Positions 48,657 through 58,521 of a DNA stretch of 64,000 bases are shown here, in pieces (position 1 is the first letter of the stretch; every line of letters begins with the position of its first letter). Below the pieces are notes generated by a model that saw nothing but the letters and a program-made list of their open reading frames with translations, did no database searches and was not told where the DNA came from. Source of the DNA: Acidobacteria bacterium RIFCSPLOWO2_02_FULL_67_21 (lineage in GTDB: Bacteria; Acidobacteriota; Vicinamibacteria; Vicinamibacterales; UBA2999); NCBI GenBank assembly GCA_001767195.1, contig MEKU01000001.1, positions 51,705 through 115,704 of the forward strand. The letters run 5' to 3'. The position numbers and the translations under genes were made by a program.

Positions 48657-48730
48657 TCGATGATCGATGATCTGACAATCTGATCGAATCATTGGTTCGA
48701 TCCGATGCACAAATCATCGATCATCGATGG
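48647..48730. repeat. 7-nt-periodic inverted array (word ATCGATG)
   Basis: CC ATCGATG ATCGATG ATCGATG ATC ... AATCATC GATCATC GATGG. It contains the stop codons of both convergent genes (TGA 48654-48656 on the plus strand and TGA at 48714-48716 on the minus strand). Confidence 0.85.
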
Positions 48731-49145
48731 AAGCCTCCATTAGCTCAACTACCTCGAAGGCCCCCGCCCGCAGCCGATAGCCGCGAATCGTCATCGCTCC
48801 TGGCGGCTCGGCCGGCCCCGCAATCAGATACAGAAACTCCTCGAACGCCTGCTCCAGATCCGTCGGCGACGGCACCGGATCGCTGTGCGGGTGCGAGTGA
48901 TACACGCCCATCACACGGAGCGGAGTGCCGTCTGGGCTCCGCTCGTCCCGGCAGCGGCGAATCTGCGCGAAATGCTCCGCGGGAGCCACTTCGTACCGCC
49001 GCCGCGGGTCCTGGGCGATATTGGCGGTCGCGACCGCCTCGATGACTTCGGTGTCGCTTCCGATGAGCAGCCCGCAGCACTCCTGAGGGCTGTCGCGCCG
49101 GGCGTGGGCGGCGATCGCCTCGAGCACGCCCCTCCGGATTCGCAC
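48714..49145 (-). CDS. JAMM/MPN+ (Mov34) metalloprotease-domain protein
   Basis: GVRIRRGVLEAIAAHARRDSPQECCGLL... with the GTG at 49145. JAMM motif E-x(n)-HSHPHSDPVPSPTD. The upstream part of ORF 48714..49367 has no coding character. Confidence 0.78.
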   Translation of the reverse strand: MRIRRGVLEAIAAHARRDSPQECCGLLIGSDTEVIEAVATANIAQDPRRRYEVAPAEHFAQIRRCRDERSPDGTPLRVMGVYHSHPHSDPVPSPTDLEQAFEEFLYLIAGPAEPPGAMTIRGYRLRAGAFEVVELMEASIDDR

Positions 49146-49281
49146 GCCAGGAGTGTAGCCGGGTCCACGGCTCGACGATCCTGGCTCGCCGTGGCACCCG
49201 GCCGACGTGCGGAATGTAGGGCGGGTGCCGCCGGAGACGTGATTACATCGACCGCCGGACCCGCCGACATAAGATCTGTCC

Positions 49282-51258
49282 GTGGCGGACCAGTTCACCT
49301 TCGGGGGCGAGATCGCCTGGCGCCCGTCGGCCGAGTACCGCGACCGCAGCCGGCTTGCCGCCTTCATGCGGCGCCACCAGCTGGCGACCTACGACGCCCT
49401 GCTCCGCCGTTCGGTCGAGGATCCCGAATGGTTCTGGCGCGCCGTGTTCGACGATCTCGAGATTCAGTTCTACGAGCCCTTCACCCGGGTGCTCGACACC
49501 TCCCGCGGCATCGCCTGGGCGCGCTGGTGCATCGGCGGCCGGCTGAACATCGTCCACAACTGTCTGGACAAGTGGATCGGCACGCTCGTCGAGCACAAGG
49601 CCGCGGTGCGGTGGGAGACCGAAGAGGGCGCGACCGGCGTGCTCACGTACGGGGAGCTCTGGCGCGAGGTGAACCGCTGCGCGAACGCGCTGCGGGAGCT
49701 GGGGGTCGGCCGCGGCGACCGCGTGGCGCTGTTCCTGCCGATGTGCCCCGAGCTGATTGCCGTCTTTTTTGCCGCCATCAAGATCGGCGCAGGCATTCTG
49801 CCGCTCTTCTCGGGCTACGGCGCCGACGCGGTGGCCGGGCGGCTGCGCGACGCCGACGCCGGGCTGCTGGTGACGGCCGACGGCTTCAGACGCCGCGGAC
49901 AGCCGGTGGCCATGAAAGCGACGGCGGATGCCGCCGTCGCGGCCGCACCCTGCGTCCGCCACGTGCTCGTGGTGCCGCGGATCGGCGGCGACGTTCCCTG
50001 GCGCGCGGACCGCGACCATCGATGGCCGGATCTGGTCGGACGTCAGTCCGCCGACTGCGACACGGTCCGCACCGGTGCCGAAGACCCGCTGATGATCATC
50101 TACACGTCGGGAACGACCGGCCGCCCCAAGGGGGCGGTGCATACGCACTGCGGATTCCCGATCAAGGCGGCGCAGGATCTGGCGCACTGCTTCGACGCCG
50201 GCGCGGCCGACACGATGTTCTGGGTCACCGACATGGGCTGGATGATGGGCCCCTGGGAAGTCTTCGGGATGACGCTGCTGGCCGGGACCATGGCGATCTA
50301 TGACGGCGCGCTGGACTACCCGGGACCCGATCGCCTCTGGGCGCTCGTCGAGCGGCATGGTGTTAGTATCCTCGGCGTCTCGCCAACGCTCGTCCGCGCG
50401 CTGATGCGCCACGGCGAGGAGCCGGTGCGGCGGCACGATCTATCGTCGCTGCGCATTCTCGGCTCGACCGGGGAGCCGTGGAACCCGGAGTCGTGGCGGT
50501 GGCTGTTCGAGACGGCCGGCGGGGGACGCGTGCCCATCATCAACTACTCGGGCGGAACCGAAGTGTCAGGGGGCCTCGTGGCGGGCAACGTCCTCACGCC
50601 CATCAAGCCCTGCTCCTTTGCCGCGCCGCCTCCCGGCATTGCGGCCGACGTGGTCGACGACCAGGGACGCCCGGTGAGGAACCAGGTCGGCGAGCTGGTC
50701 GTGCGCGCGCCCTGGATCGGGATGACCCGCGGCTTCTGGCGCGACCCCGAGCGCTACGAGGAGACCTACTGGTCGCGGTTTCCGAACGTCTGGGTGCACG
50801 GCGACTGGGCCGCCATCGATGAGGACGGGCTCTGGTACATCCTCGGCCGGTCCGACGACACCATCAAGATTGCGGGCAAGCGGCTCGGTCCCGCGGAGGT
50901 CGAGTCGGTCCTCGTGGAGCATCCTGCCGTCATCGAGGCGGCGGCGATCGGCATCCCGGACCCGGCCAAGGGCCAGGCGCTCGTCTGCTTCTGCGTGCTG
51001 CGGACGGGGCACGAGCCGGGCGCCGCGCTGGCCGAGGATCTCAAGGCCCATGTCGCCGCGCGCCTGGGCAAGCCGATGCGACCGGAGGCGATCGAGTTCG
51101 CGCAGGAGCTGCCGAAGACGCGCAACGCCAAAGTGATGCGGCGCGTCATCCGCGCGGTCTACCTGAATCAGGACCCTGGCGATCTGTCGTCGCTCGAGAA
51201 CCCCGGAGCCGTCGAAGGGATCGCGGCGGTGCGGCGGCAGGCGCCGCCGCATGCCTAG
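49282..51258 (+). CDS. AMP-forming acyl-CoA synthetase (acetyl-/acetoacetyl-CoA synthetase family)
   Basis: 658 aa with the AMP-binding signature IIYTSGTTGRPKGAVHTH, a YSGGTE block and the C-terminal LPKTRNAKVMRR lysine motif. Confidence 0.9.
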   Translation: MADQFTFGGEIAWRPSAEYRDRSRLAAFMRRHQLATYDALLRRSVEDPEWFWRAVFDDLEIQFYEPFTRVLDTSRGIAWARWCIGGRLNIVHNCLDKWIGTLVEHKAAVRWETEEGATGVLTYGELWREVNRCANALRELGVGRGDRVALFLPMCPELIAVFFAAIKIGAGILPLFSGYGADAVAGRLRDADAGLLVTADGFRRRGQPVAMKATADAAVAAAPCVRHVLVVPRIGGDVPWRADRDHRWPDLVGRQSADCDTVRTGAEDPLMIIYTSGTTGRPKGAVHTHCGFPIKAAQDLAHCFDAGAADTMFWVTDMGWMMGPWEVFGMTLLAGTMAIYDGALDYPGPDRLWALVERHGVSILGVSPTLVRALMRHGEEPVRRHDLSSLRILGSTGEPWNPESWRWLFETAGGGRVPIINYSGGTEVSGGLVAGNVLTPIKPCSFAAPPPGIAADVVDDQGRPVRNQVGELVVRAPWIGMTRGFWRDPERYEETYWSRFPNVWVHGDWAAIDEDGLWYILGRSDDTIKIAGKRLGPAEVESVLVEHPAVIEAAAIGIPDPAKGQALVCFCVLRTGHEPGAALAEDLKAHVAARLGKPMRPEAIEFAQELPKTRNAKVMRRVIRAVYLNQDPGDLSSLENPGAVEGIAAVRRQAPPHA

Positions 51259-51318
51259 CACAGCTTTTGTATGAACAGCCTTACTATCGCTACGGTCTCT
51301 TGCGAAAGGGTGAATGCG

Positions 51319-53280
51319 ATGCGTGCGCTCTTCTATTCAGCCATCCTGGGTGGGGTTCTCGGCCTCTCGGTCGCCTGCGGCGGCGGCGCGCGCCCCGAGC
51401 GGGACGGGGGGACGACATCGACCGCGGCGCGCAGCGACGGCACGCCGGTCTCGATGGACAAGAACGCGTATCCGGTGTTCCCGGATGCCGACACGGGGGC
51501 CGACCCATCCGTTCCGGCTGAGCAGGGCGGACGCGGGTTCACAGGCGAGGGCTGGGAGACGAGCTCGGACTTCGATCTGATCGGCGATCCGCGCGCCCTG
51601 AAGGGCGGGCGCATTCGGCAGCACTCGGAAGACTTTCCGACAACGCTGCGCTCGCGGGGACCGAACACGACGGAATTCGGTCAGCTTGTGGAGGGTCTCG
51701 TTTATGAGTCGCTGCTGACCCTCCACCCGACCACCCTGGCCTGGATGCCATCGCTCGCCACCCACTGGCAGATCTCGCCCGACCGTCGAACGTATCGCTA
51801 CCGGATCAATCCCAACGCACGCTGGTCCGACGGGCAACCGGTTGTGGCCGACGATGTCGTCGCGACCTACAACCTCATGATGGACAAGGGCCTGCAGGAT
51901 CCGTCCGCACAGCTCGTATACGAGAAATTCGACAGACCTGTCGCGGAAAGCAAGTACGTCGTGAGAGTCGGGAGCAAGGTGCTCAACTGGCGGAACTTCC
52001 TGTACTTCTCTGGTATGGCGATCTTTCCGGCGCACGTGCTCAAGACGGTGGACGGCGCCGCGTACATCAAGGACTACAACTACAAGATGCTCCCGGGCAC
52101 CGGTCCGTACGAGGTCAGGGAGGGCGACATCGATCGCGGCAACAACATCACCATCCGCAGGCGGACCGGCTCCTGGGCGGAGACACATCGCCGCAACGTC
52201 GGCGCGAACAATTTCGACGAGATTCAACAGGTCGTGATCCGCGACCCCAATCTGGCCTTTGAGACCTTCAAGCGTGGGGATCTCGACTATTACTACGTGA
52301 ACGTCTCCCGCGAGTGGGTCGAGGAGCTGAATGTCGATCGCGTCCAGCGCGGGCTCATTCAGAAGCGGAAGGTCTTCACCGACTACCCGTTGAGCCTGTC
52401 CGGAATCGCCATGAACACCCGCCGGCAGCCGCTCGATGACATCCGGGTACGACGCGCTCTGACGCATCTCTACAACCGCGATCTCCTCATCCAGAAGCTC
52501 TTTTTCAACGAGTACACCCCGAAGCACTCCTTCTTCTTCGGAGCCTACGCACATCCCGACAACCCCAGGAATCCGTACGATCCCCAGCTCGGCGTGTCAC
52601 TGCTTGCGGAAGCCGGCTGGAAGACCCGCGATTCCCAGGGCCGGCTCGTCAAAGACGGCCGACCGTTGACCGTCGAGCTGCTGTACGGCCAGAAGGGCTT
52701 CGAGCCGGCGTTCACGATCTACCAGGAGGATCTGCGGAAGGTCGGCATCACCCTGAATCTGCGGCTGGTGACGTTCGAAACGATGATCCGCCTGCTCGAC
52801 GAACGGCGCTACGATCTGGTGTCCATCGGCTATACGGGCCTCCTCTTTCCGAACCCGGAAACCTCGTTCCACTCCTCGCTGGCCGATCAGGACAACACCA
52901 ACAACATCACCGGCATCAAGAATGGCCGGATCGACGAGCTCCTCAAGGCGTACGATGTCGAGTTCGATCAGCGGAAGCGCGAAGCGATCGTCCGGGAGAT
53001 CGACGGCATCGTCGCCAATCTCCACCATTTCATCCTCGGATGGGACGCGCCGTTCTGGCGCCTGGCGTACTGGAACAAGTTCGGCACCCCAGAGAGCTAC
53101 CTCACCAGGTACGGCAATTACCGCGACCCGCTCAGTGTGTGGTGGATCGATCCGCTGAAGGCGCAGCAGCTCGCGCAGGCGATGCGCGATGGCAGCGCGA
53201 AGCTCGCCGTCGGACCGACCGATGTCCACTACTGGGAACAGTGGGCGAAGCAGAACGGTCCCACCGTCGCGACACGTTAG
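51319..53280 (+). CDS. ABC transporter substrate-binding lipoprotein, family 5 (YejA/Opp-like), paralog 1
   Basis: The internal ATG at 51319 gives MRALFYSAILGGVLGLSVAC (lipobox). It is a large cluster-C SBP fold, closely paralogous to 54330..56339. Confidence 0.88.
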   Translation: MRALFYSAILGGVLGLSVACGGGARPERDGGTTSTAARSDGTPVSMDKNAYPVFPDADTGADPSVPAEQGGRGFTGEGWETSSDFDLIGDPRALKGGRIRQHSEDFPTTLRSRGPNTTEFGQLVEGLVYESLLTLHPTTLAWMPSLATHWQISPDRRTYRYRINPNARWSDGQPVVADDVVATYNLMMDKGLQDPSAQLVYEKFDRPVAESKYVVRVGSKVLNWRNFLYFSGMAIFPAHVLKTVDGAAYIKDYNYKMLPGTGPYEVREGDIDRGNNITIRRRTGSWAETHRRNVGANNFDEIQQVVIRDPNLAFETFKRGDLDYYYVNVSREWVEELNVDRVQRGLIQKRKVFTDYPLSLSGIAMNTRRQPLDDIRVRRALTHLYNRDLLIQKLFFNEYTPKHSFFFGAYAHPDNPRNPYDPQLGVSLLAEAGWKTRDSQGRLVKDGRPLTVELLYGQKGFEPAFTIYQEDLRKVGITLNLRLVTFETMIRLLDERRYDLVSIGYTGLLFPNPETSFHSSLADQDNTNNITGIKNGRIDELLKAYDVEFDQRKREAIVREIDGIVANLHHFILGWDAPFWRLAYWNKFGTPESYLTRYGNYRDPLSVWWIDPLKAQQLAQAMRDGSAKLAVGPTDVHYWEQWAKQNGPTVATR

Positions 53281-53304
53281 GGTCATCGACGGCACCCGAG
53301 CCCG

Positions 53305-54333
53305 ATGGCCGGCTACTTCATCCGCCGCTTTCTGCTGATTATCCCGACCTTCATCGGGATCACGCTCGCCGTGTTCGTGATCACGCACTTCGTCCCCGGC
53401 GGGCCGGTCGAGCGGCAGATCATGCGCTACCGCATGGCGGCCATGACTGAAGGCGGCGCCAGCGGCGGCCTGGGCGCGAGCGTGTCGCTCCCGGCGGATG
53501 CCATCGAGGAGATCCGCCGCTTTTACGGGTTCGACAAGCCGGTCCACATCCGGTATCTCCAGTGGCTCGGCAACGTCGTGCGGCTCGACCTGGGAAACTC
53601 GTATATCTACCAGGAGCCGGTCTGGGACGTCATCAAGTCACGGTTTCCGGTGTCGATCACGCTCGGTCTGACCGGGTTCATCCTGAGCTACCTCATCTGC
53701 GTTCCGCTCGGCGTGCTCAAGGCGATCCGCCACCGGTCGCGATTCGATTTCATCAGCAGCTTTCTGGTGTTTCTCGGCTACTCGGTGCCCGGCTGGGCGC
53801 TGGGGACGGCGCTGCTGGTGCTCTTCGGCGGCGGCAGCTTCTGGAGCGTCTTTCCGCTTGGCGGGTTTCGTCCGAGCGACTGGGAGTATCTGACGGTGAC
53901 GCAGAAGATCGCCGGGCAGCTCGAGCACATGTTCCTGCCGGTGCTCTGCTACATGGTCGGATCGTTTGCCACCCTCACCATCCTGACGAAGAATTCGCTG
54001 CTCGAAAACCTGGGACAGGACTACGTGCGGACCGCGTTCGCCAAGGGGCTCGACGAGCGCCGCGTGATCTTCGTGCACGCGCTGCGCAACTCCCTCATTC
54101 CGATCGCGACAGGCCTCGGCCACGTGTTCAGCCTCATCCTCGCGGGGTCGTTTCTCATCGAGCGCGTCTTCAACATCGACGGCATGGGGTACCTCGGCTA
54201 CACATCGATCCTGCAGCGTGACTACCCTGTCGCGCTCGGCATCCTGGTGATCGGCAGCCTCCTCATGCTCGTCGGAAATATCCTCTCGGACATGATCTAC
54301 GCGGTCGTCGATCCGCGGATCCGATTCAAATGA
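53305..54333 (+). CDS. ABC transporter permease (YejB/OppB-like)
   Basis: 342 aa. MAGYFIRRFLLIIPTFIGITLAVFVITHFVPGGP is the typical OppB/DppB N-terminus, and the EAA loop region is present. Confidence 0.93.
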   Translation: MAGYFIRRFLLIIPTFIGITLAVFVITHFVPGGPVERQIMRYRMAAMTEGGASGGLGASVSLPADAIEEIRRFYGFDKPVHIRYLQWLGNVVRLDLGNSYIYQEPVWDVIKSRFPVSITLGLTGFILSYLICVPLGVLKAIRHRSRFDFISSFLVFLGYSVPGWALGTALLVLFGGGSFWSVFPLGGFRPSDWEYLTVTQKIAGQLEHMFLPVLCYMVGSFATLTILTKNSLLENLGQDYVRTAFAKGLDERRVIFVHALRNSLIPIATGLGHVFSLILAGSFLIERVFNIDGMGYLGYTSILQRDYPVALGILVIGSLLMLVGNILSDMIYAVVDPRIRFK

Positions 54334-56339
54334 CGACAATGATTTTTCACCGTCCGGCTAAAGCCGGACACTACGTACTGCTTGCCACGCTGTGTGGCAT
54401 TGTTCTGGCCGGCTGCGGGCGTGGCAACGATACATCCGCCGAGCGCCCCGGCGGCGGCACACCCGCGACCGACGGCCGGATCGCCGCCATGGACAAGAAC
54501 GCCTATCCGGTCTTCCCGGACGCCGACAGCGGTGCGGATCCAGCCGTCGCCGCCGAACAGGGCGGCCGCGGGTTCACGGGACAAGGATGGCAGACCAGCA
54601 CCGACTACGACCTGATCGGGGATCCCCGCGCCGTCAAGGGTGGCGTGATTCGCCAGGGCATGATGACGGACTTCCCGGCGACGCTCCGCTACTACGGCCC
54701 GAACGTGTCGGAGTGGAACCTCGCCCTCCATGAGCTCGTCTACGAAAGCCTCCTCTATCTGCACCCGACGACCCTCGCCTACATTCCCGGCCTGGCCACG
54801 CACTGGCAGATTTCCGACGACCGGCGCACGTTTCGCTTCCGCCTCAATCCGAACGCCCGCTGGGCGGACGGGATGCCTGTCGTCGCGGACGATGTGGTGG
54901 CGACGTGGCGTCTGGCGGTCGACAAGTCCCTGCAGGACCCGGCGCGGAACCTGATCTACGGCAATTTCGAGCCACCCATCGCTGAGAGCAGGTACATCGT
55001 CTCTGTCCGCGCAAAGTCGGACGACTGGCAGAACTTCATGTACTTCACCGTCGGCGCGCACATCGGGGGCCTGTTCATCCTGCCGGCCCACGCGCTCAAG
55101 GGCGTCAGCGGCGACACCTACGTCAAGCAGTACAACTACCGCATGCTGCCGGGAAGCGGGCCGTACGCGGTCGGCGAACAGGACATCGACCGCGGCCGCA
55201 TGATTCACATCCGCCGGCGCGCCGACCACTGGGCAGTCCGCCACCGCCGCAGCATCGGCACGGCGAACTTCGACGAGATCCAGCAGAACGTCGTGCGTGA
55301 CCGCAACCTCGAGTTCGAAATGTTCAAGCGCGGCGATCTCGACTACTACTTCGTGCAGCGCGCCGCCGAGTGGGTCCAGGAGCTCGACTACCCGAACGTC
55401 AGCCGCGGCCTCAACCAGAAGCGGAAGATCTTCAACCACAAGCCGGTCGGCATCGTGGGACTCGCGATGAACACACGGCGAGAGCCTTTCAGCGACATCC
55501 GCGTGCGGCGGGCCCTCGGATACCTCTACAACCGGGAGTCGATGGTCGAGAAGCTGATGTTCAGCGAGTACACGCTCGTCGACTCATTCTTTCCGGCCAG
55601 TCGCTACGAGAATCCAGGAAACGAGAAGGTTCGGTACAACCCGGAGCGCGCCCTGCAGCTCCTTCGGGAGTCCGGATGGACGCGGGACGCGGGGGGCCGG
55701 CTGGTCAAGAACGGCACGCCACTGGCCATCGAGGTCATGTACTTCAGCCAGCCGACGGAGCGCTACCTCACGCTGTATCAGGAGGATCTTCGGCGGGTCG
55801 GCATCACGCTCAACCTCCGGCTCACGACCTTCGAGACGATGATCAAGCTGCTGGACGATCGCGCCTTCGGCATGGCGTCGATCGCCTATACGGGAGAGAC
55901 GTTCCCCAAGCCTGACGCCATCTGGCTGTCCGAGCTCGCCGATCAGAACAACAACAACAACATCACCGGCTTCAAGAACGCGCGGGCCGACGAGATCATG
56001 CGGCAGTACCAGAAGACGTTCGACATCGAGACGCGGACGACGCTGCTGCGGGAGCTCGACGGCATTCTGACCGCCGAGCATCACTGGATCTTCGACTGGA
56101 CGGCGCCCTACGAACGCGTGGTGTTCTGGCACAAATTCGGCCACCCCCGGGGCTCTCTCACCCGGATCGGCAGCTTCCGGGACATCGTGCCGCTCTGGTG
56201 GCTCGATCCGGAGCGTAATCGCAGACTCAGCGCGGCGGTGCGCGATGAGTCCATCCGGCTCGATGCAGGCTCGTCCGACGACACATTCTGGCTCGACTTC
56301 GCGAAGGCCGAGTCGGAGGGAACGCCAGCCCGCCGGTGA
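54330..56339 (+). CDS. ABC transporter substrate-binding lipoprotein, family 5, paralog 2
   Basis: 669 aa with its start overlapping the permease stop (ATGA). The signal peptide ends in the LAGC lipobox. Long identical blocks are shared with paralog 1 (MDKNAYPVFPDAD, AEQGGRGFTG, DLIGDPRA). The N-region is encoded by a REP unit. Confidence 0.88.
   Translation: MTTMIFHRPAKAGHYVLLATLCGIVLAGCGRGNDTSAERPGGGTPATDGRIAAMDKNAYPVFPDADSGADPAVAAEQGGRGFTGQGWQTSTDYDLIGDPRAVKGGVIRQGMMTDFPATLRYYGPNVSEWNLALHELVYESLLYLHPTTLAYIPGLATHWQISDDRRTFRFRLNPNARWADGMPVVADDVVATWRLAVDKSLQDPARNLIYGNFEPPIAESRYIVSVRAKSDDWQNFMYFTVGAHIGGLFILPAHALKGVSGDTYVKQYNYRMLPGSGPYAVGEQDIDRGRMIHIRRRADHWAVRHRRSIGTANFDEIQQNVVRDRNLEFEMFKRGDLDYYFVQRAAEWVQELDYPNVSRGLNQKRKIFNHKPVGIVGLAMNTRREPFSDIRVRRALGYLYNRESMVEKLMFSEYTLVDSFFPASRYENPGNEKVRYNPERALQLLRESGWTRDAGGRLVKNGTPLAIEVMYFSQPTERYLTLYQEDLRRVGITLNLRLTTFETMIKLLDDRAFGMASIAYTGETFPKPDAIWLSELADQNNNNNITGFKNARADEIMRQYQKTFDIETRTTLLRELDGILTAEHHWIFDWTAPYERVVFWHKFGHPRGSLTRIGSFRDIVPLWWLDPERNRRLSAAVRDESIRLDAGSSDDTFWLDFAKAESEGTPARR
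54351..54378. repeat. REP-like unit embedded in coding sequence
   Basis: CGTCCGGC-TAAA-GCCGGAC-ACTACGTAC. Same hairpin and ACTACGTAC tail as 44641-44688. It is translated as ...RPAKAGHYV... in the SBP signal-peptide n-region. Confidence 0.75.
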
Positions 56340-57520
56340 CCATCCCCCGAGATCAGCGCAACTCGGTCTCCGAGATCGCGGCGCGCACGGCAATTGAGTC
56401 GCACGAGGCCGAGCAGGTCGCGGCCCCGCTGGCCGGCGCGGTCGCCGCCGCACCTCCGGAGTCCGTGTTCCGCCGCCGCCTGCGGAAGTTCCGCCGGATC
56501 AAGCGCGGCTACTATTCGTTTCTCCTGATCGCGACCGCGTACATCCTGTCGTTCCTTCTGCCGCTCGCCGTCAACAGCACCGCGCTCGTCGTCAGCTATC
56601 AGGGGGACTATTACGTCCCGATCTGGCGATACTATCCAGCCTCGACGTTCGGCCAGGCCGCATTCGGCGAGCCCGACTACCGGGCGCTTCAGGCGGAGCT
56701 GGCCCAGGCCGGTGCCGGCGACTGGGTCCTGATGCCGCCGTATCCATACAGCCCGAACGAGTCGCTGCTGGATCAGCCGGGGTATCCCCCGCATCCCCCA
56801 TCGCGCCAGCACTTCTTGGGAACCGACGATCGCGGGCGGGACGTCCTCGTTCGCCTCACGTATGGCTTCAACGTATCTTTGACCTTTGCGCTGCTCGTCA
56901 TGCTGATCGCCGACGGGCTGGGCGTGACGATCGGAAGCCTGCTCGGCTACGTCAGCGGCACGCTCGATCTCCTGGGTCAGCGCGTGATCGAGATCTGGTC
57001 GTCGCTTCCTTTCCTCTACACGATCATCATCGTCAGCTCGATCGTCGTCCCAGTGTATGTGCCGGGGCGCATGCAGATCATGCAGCCCTCGTTCTGGCTG
57101 CTGGTGATCATCCTGTCGGCGTTCGAGTGGATGGGGATCACGTATTACATTCGCGGCGAGTTCTACCGCGAGAAGGCGAAGGACTATGTCGCCGCGGCGA
57201 TCGTCACCGGCGTCTCGGAGCCGGCCATCATGTTCCGGCACATCCTGCCGAACGCACTCACCCCCGTGATCTCCTTCGCACCGTTCACCATCGTCGCCAA
57301 CATCGGCGCGCTCGTGGCGCTCGACTTCCTCGGCTTTGGACTGCCGGCGCCCACACCGAGCTGGGGCGAGCTGATCGGCCAGGGGATGGAGAACCTGACG
57401 AAGTGGTGGCTCGTGTTCTTTCCGCTCGGCGCCCTGTTCACCACGCTCCTGCTGGTCGTGTTCATCGGCGAGGCCGTGCGTGAGGCATTCGATCCCAAGG
57501 AGTACTCGAGACTGCGATGA
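56336..57520 (+). CDS. ABC transporter permease (YejE/OppC-like)
   Basis: 394 aa with a GTG start overlapping the upstream stop. It has an extended N-terminal periplasmic segment like YejE, then a DppC/OppC-type TM core (HFLGTDDRGRDVLVRL). Confidence 0.9.
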   Translation: MTIPRDQRNSVSEIAARTAIESHEAEQVAAPLAGAVAAAPPESVFRRRLRKFRRIKRGYYSFLLIATAYILSFLLPLAVNSTALVVSYQGDYYVPIWRYYPASTFGQAAFGEPDYRALQAELAQAGAGDWVLMPPYPYSPNESLLDQPGYPPHPPSRQHFLGTDDRGRDVLVRLTYGFNVSLTFALLVMLIADGLGVTIGSLLGYVSGTLDLLGQRVIEIWSSLPFLYTIIIVSSIVVPVYVPGRMQIMQPSFWLLVIILSAFEWMGITYYIRGEFYREKAKDYVAAAIVTGVSEPAIMFRHILPNALTPVISFAPFTIVANIGALVALDFLGFGLPAPTPSWGELIGQGMENLTKWWLVFFPLGALFTTLLLVVFIGEAVREAFDPKEYSRLR

Positions 57521-58521
57521 CGCCGCTGCTGCAGATCAGAGGCCTCCGCACCCATTTCTTCACCGAGTCGGGCGTCGCCAAAGCGGTCGACGGCGTCGAC
57601 CTCGATATCCGACCGGGGGAAGTGCTCGGTCTGGTCGGCGAGTCCGGATCCGGCAAGAGCGTCACCGCTCTCAGCATCCTCCGGCTCGTGCCCGACCCGC
57701 CCGGGCGGATCGTCGACGGCGAAATCTGGTTCAAGGGGCGGAACCTGCTGGCGCTGTCGTGGGAGGAGATTCGCAAGGTCCGCGGCCGCGAGATCAGCAT
57801 GATCTTCCAGGAGCCGATGACCTCGCTCAATCCCGTCTTCACGATCGGCAACCAGGTGATGGAGATGATCGTCCAGCACGAGCCGTCAGCCCGCGGGGAT
57901 GTCGCACGGCGCCGGGCGCTCCAGATGCTGGGCGAGGTCGGCATCCCGGAGCCGGAGACGCGGATGAAGCAGTATCCGCACGAGCTCTCGGGCGGCATGC
58001 GACAGCGCATCATGATTGCCATCGCGCTCGTGATGAACCCGGCCCTGCTCATCGCCGACGAGCCGACCACCGCGCTCGACGTGACGATTCAGGCCCAGAT
58101 CCTCAACCTCATGCTCGAGCTGAAGACGCGGCACGAGGCCGGCGCGATTCTGCTCATCACGCACAACCTCGCCGTGGTAGCCGAAACGTGCGACCGGGTG
58201 GCGGTCATGTACGGCGGCAAGATTCAAGAGGTCGCTCCCGTCCGCGATCTCTTCCGGAACCCTCTCCATCCGTACACCCGCGGGCTGCTCGCGTCACTGC
58301 CTCGCGTCGACGGCCCGAAAGCCGAGCGGCTCACGACGATTCCCGGGGCGGTGCCCGATATCCACATGCTGCCACCCGGGTGCAAGTTCACCACACGCTG
58401 TCCCGAACGGTTCGAGCCCTGCCCCGGCCTCGAGCCGCCGCTCGTCGAGCGCGAGCCGGATCACTGGGTGCGCTGCCATCTCCATGACGACTGCCACGGA
58501 TACTTCGGACGTCATTCTTGA
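57517..58521 (+). CDS. ABC transporter ATP-binding protein (OppD/DppD-like)
   Basis: Walker A GESGSGKS, signature LSGGMRQR, Walker [13 protein letters not shown], and an oligopeptide C-terminal Cys-containing extension. Confidence 0.95.
   Translation: MTPLLQIRGLRTHFFTESGVAKAVDGVDLDIRPGEVLGLVGESGSGKSVTALSILRLVPDPPGRIVDGEIWFKGRNLLALSWEEIRKVRGREISMIFQEPMTSLNPVFTIGNQVMEMIVQHEPSARGDVARRRALQMLGEVGIPEPETRMKQYPHELSGGMRQRIMIAIALVMNPALLIADEPTTALDVTIQAQILNLMLELKTRHEAGAILLITHNLAVVAETCDRVAVMYGGKIQEVAPVRDLFRNPLHPYTRGLLASLPRVDGPKAERLTTIPGAVPDIHMLPPGCKFTTRCPERFEPCPGLEPPLVEREPDHWVRCHLHDDCHGYFGRHS

Noticed and set aside
48681-48705. A tRNA-like T-arm sequence (TGGTTCGATCC) suggesting a tRNA or tRNA fragment / att site.
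   Set aside because: It lies in the loop of the ATCGATG palindrome. There is no acceptor stem, D-arm or anticodon arm around it, and no integrase nearby.
29159-55439. Many further long antisense or out-of-frame ORFs: 29159..30502, 30415..32106, 33163..34974, 38775..40376, 41540..42616, 44980..46026, 49243..50436, 51337..52554 and 54297..55439.
   Set aside because: Each is the mirror or shifted frame of a gene with clear family motifs. None shows its own motifs, signal peptides or sensible start context.
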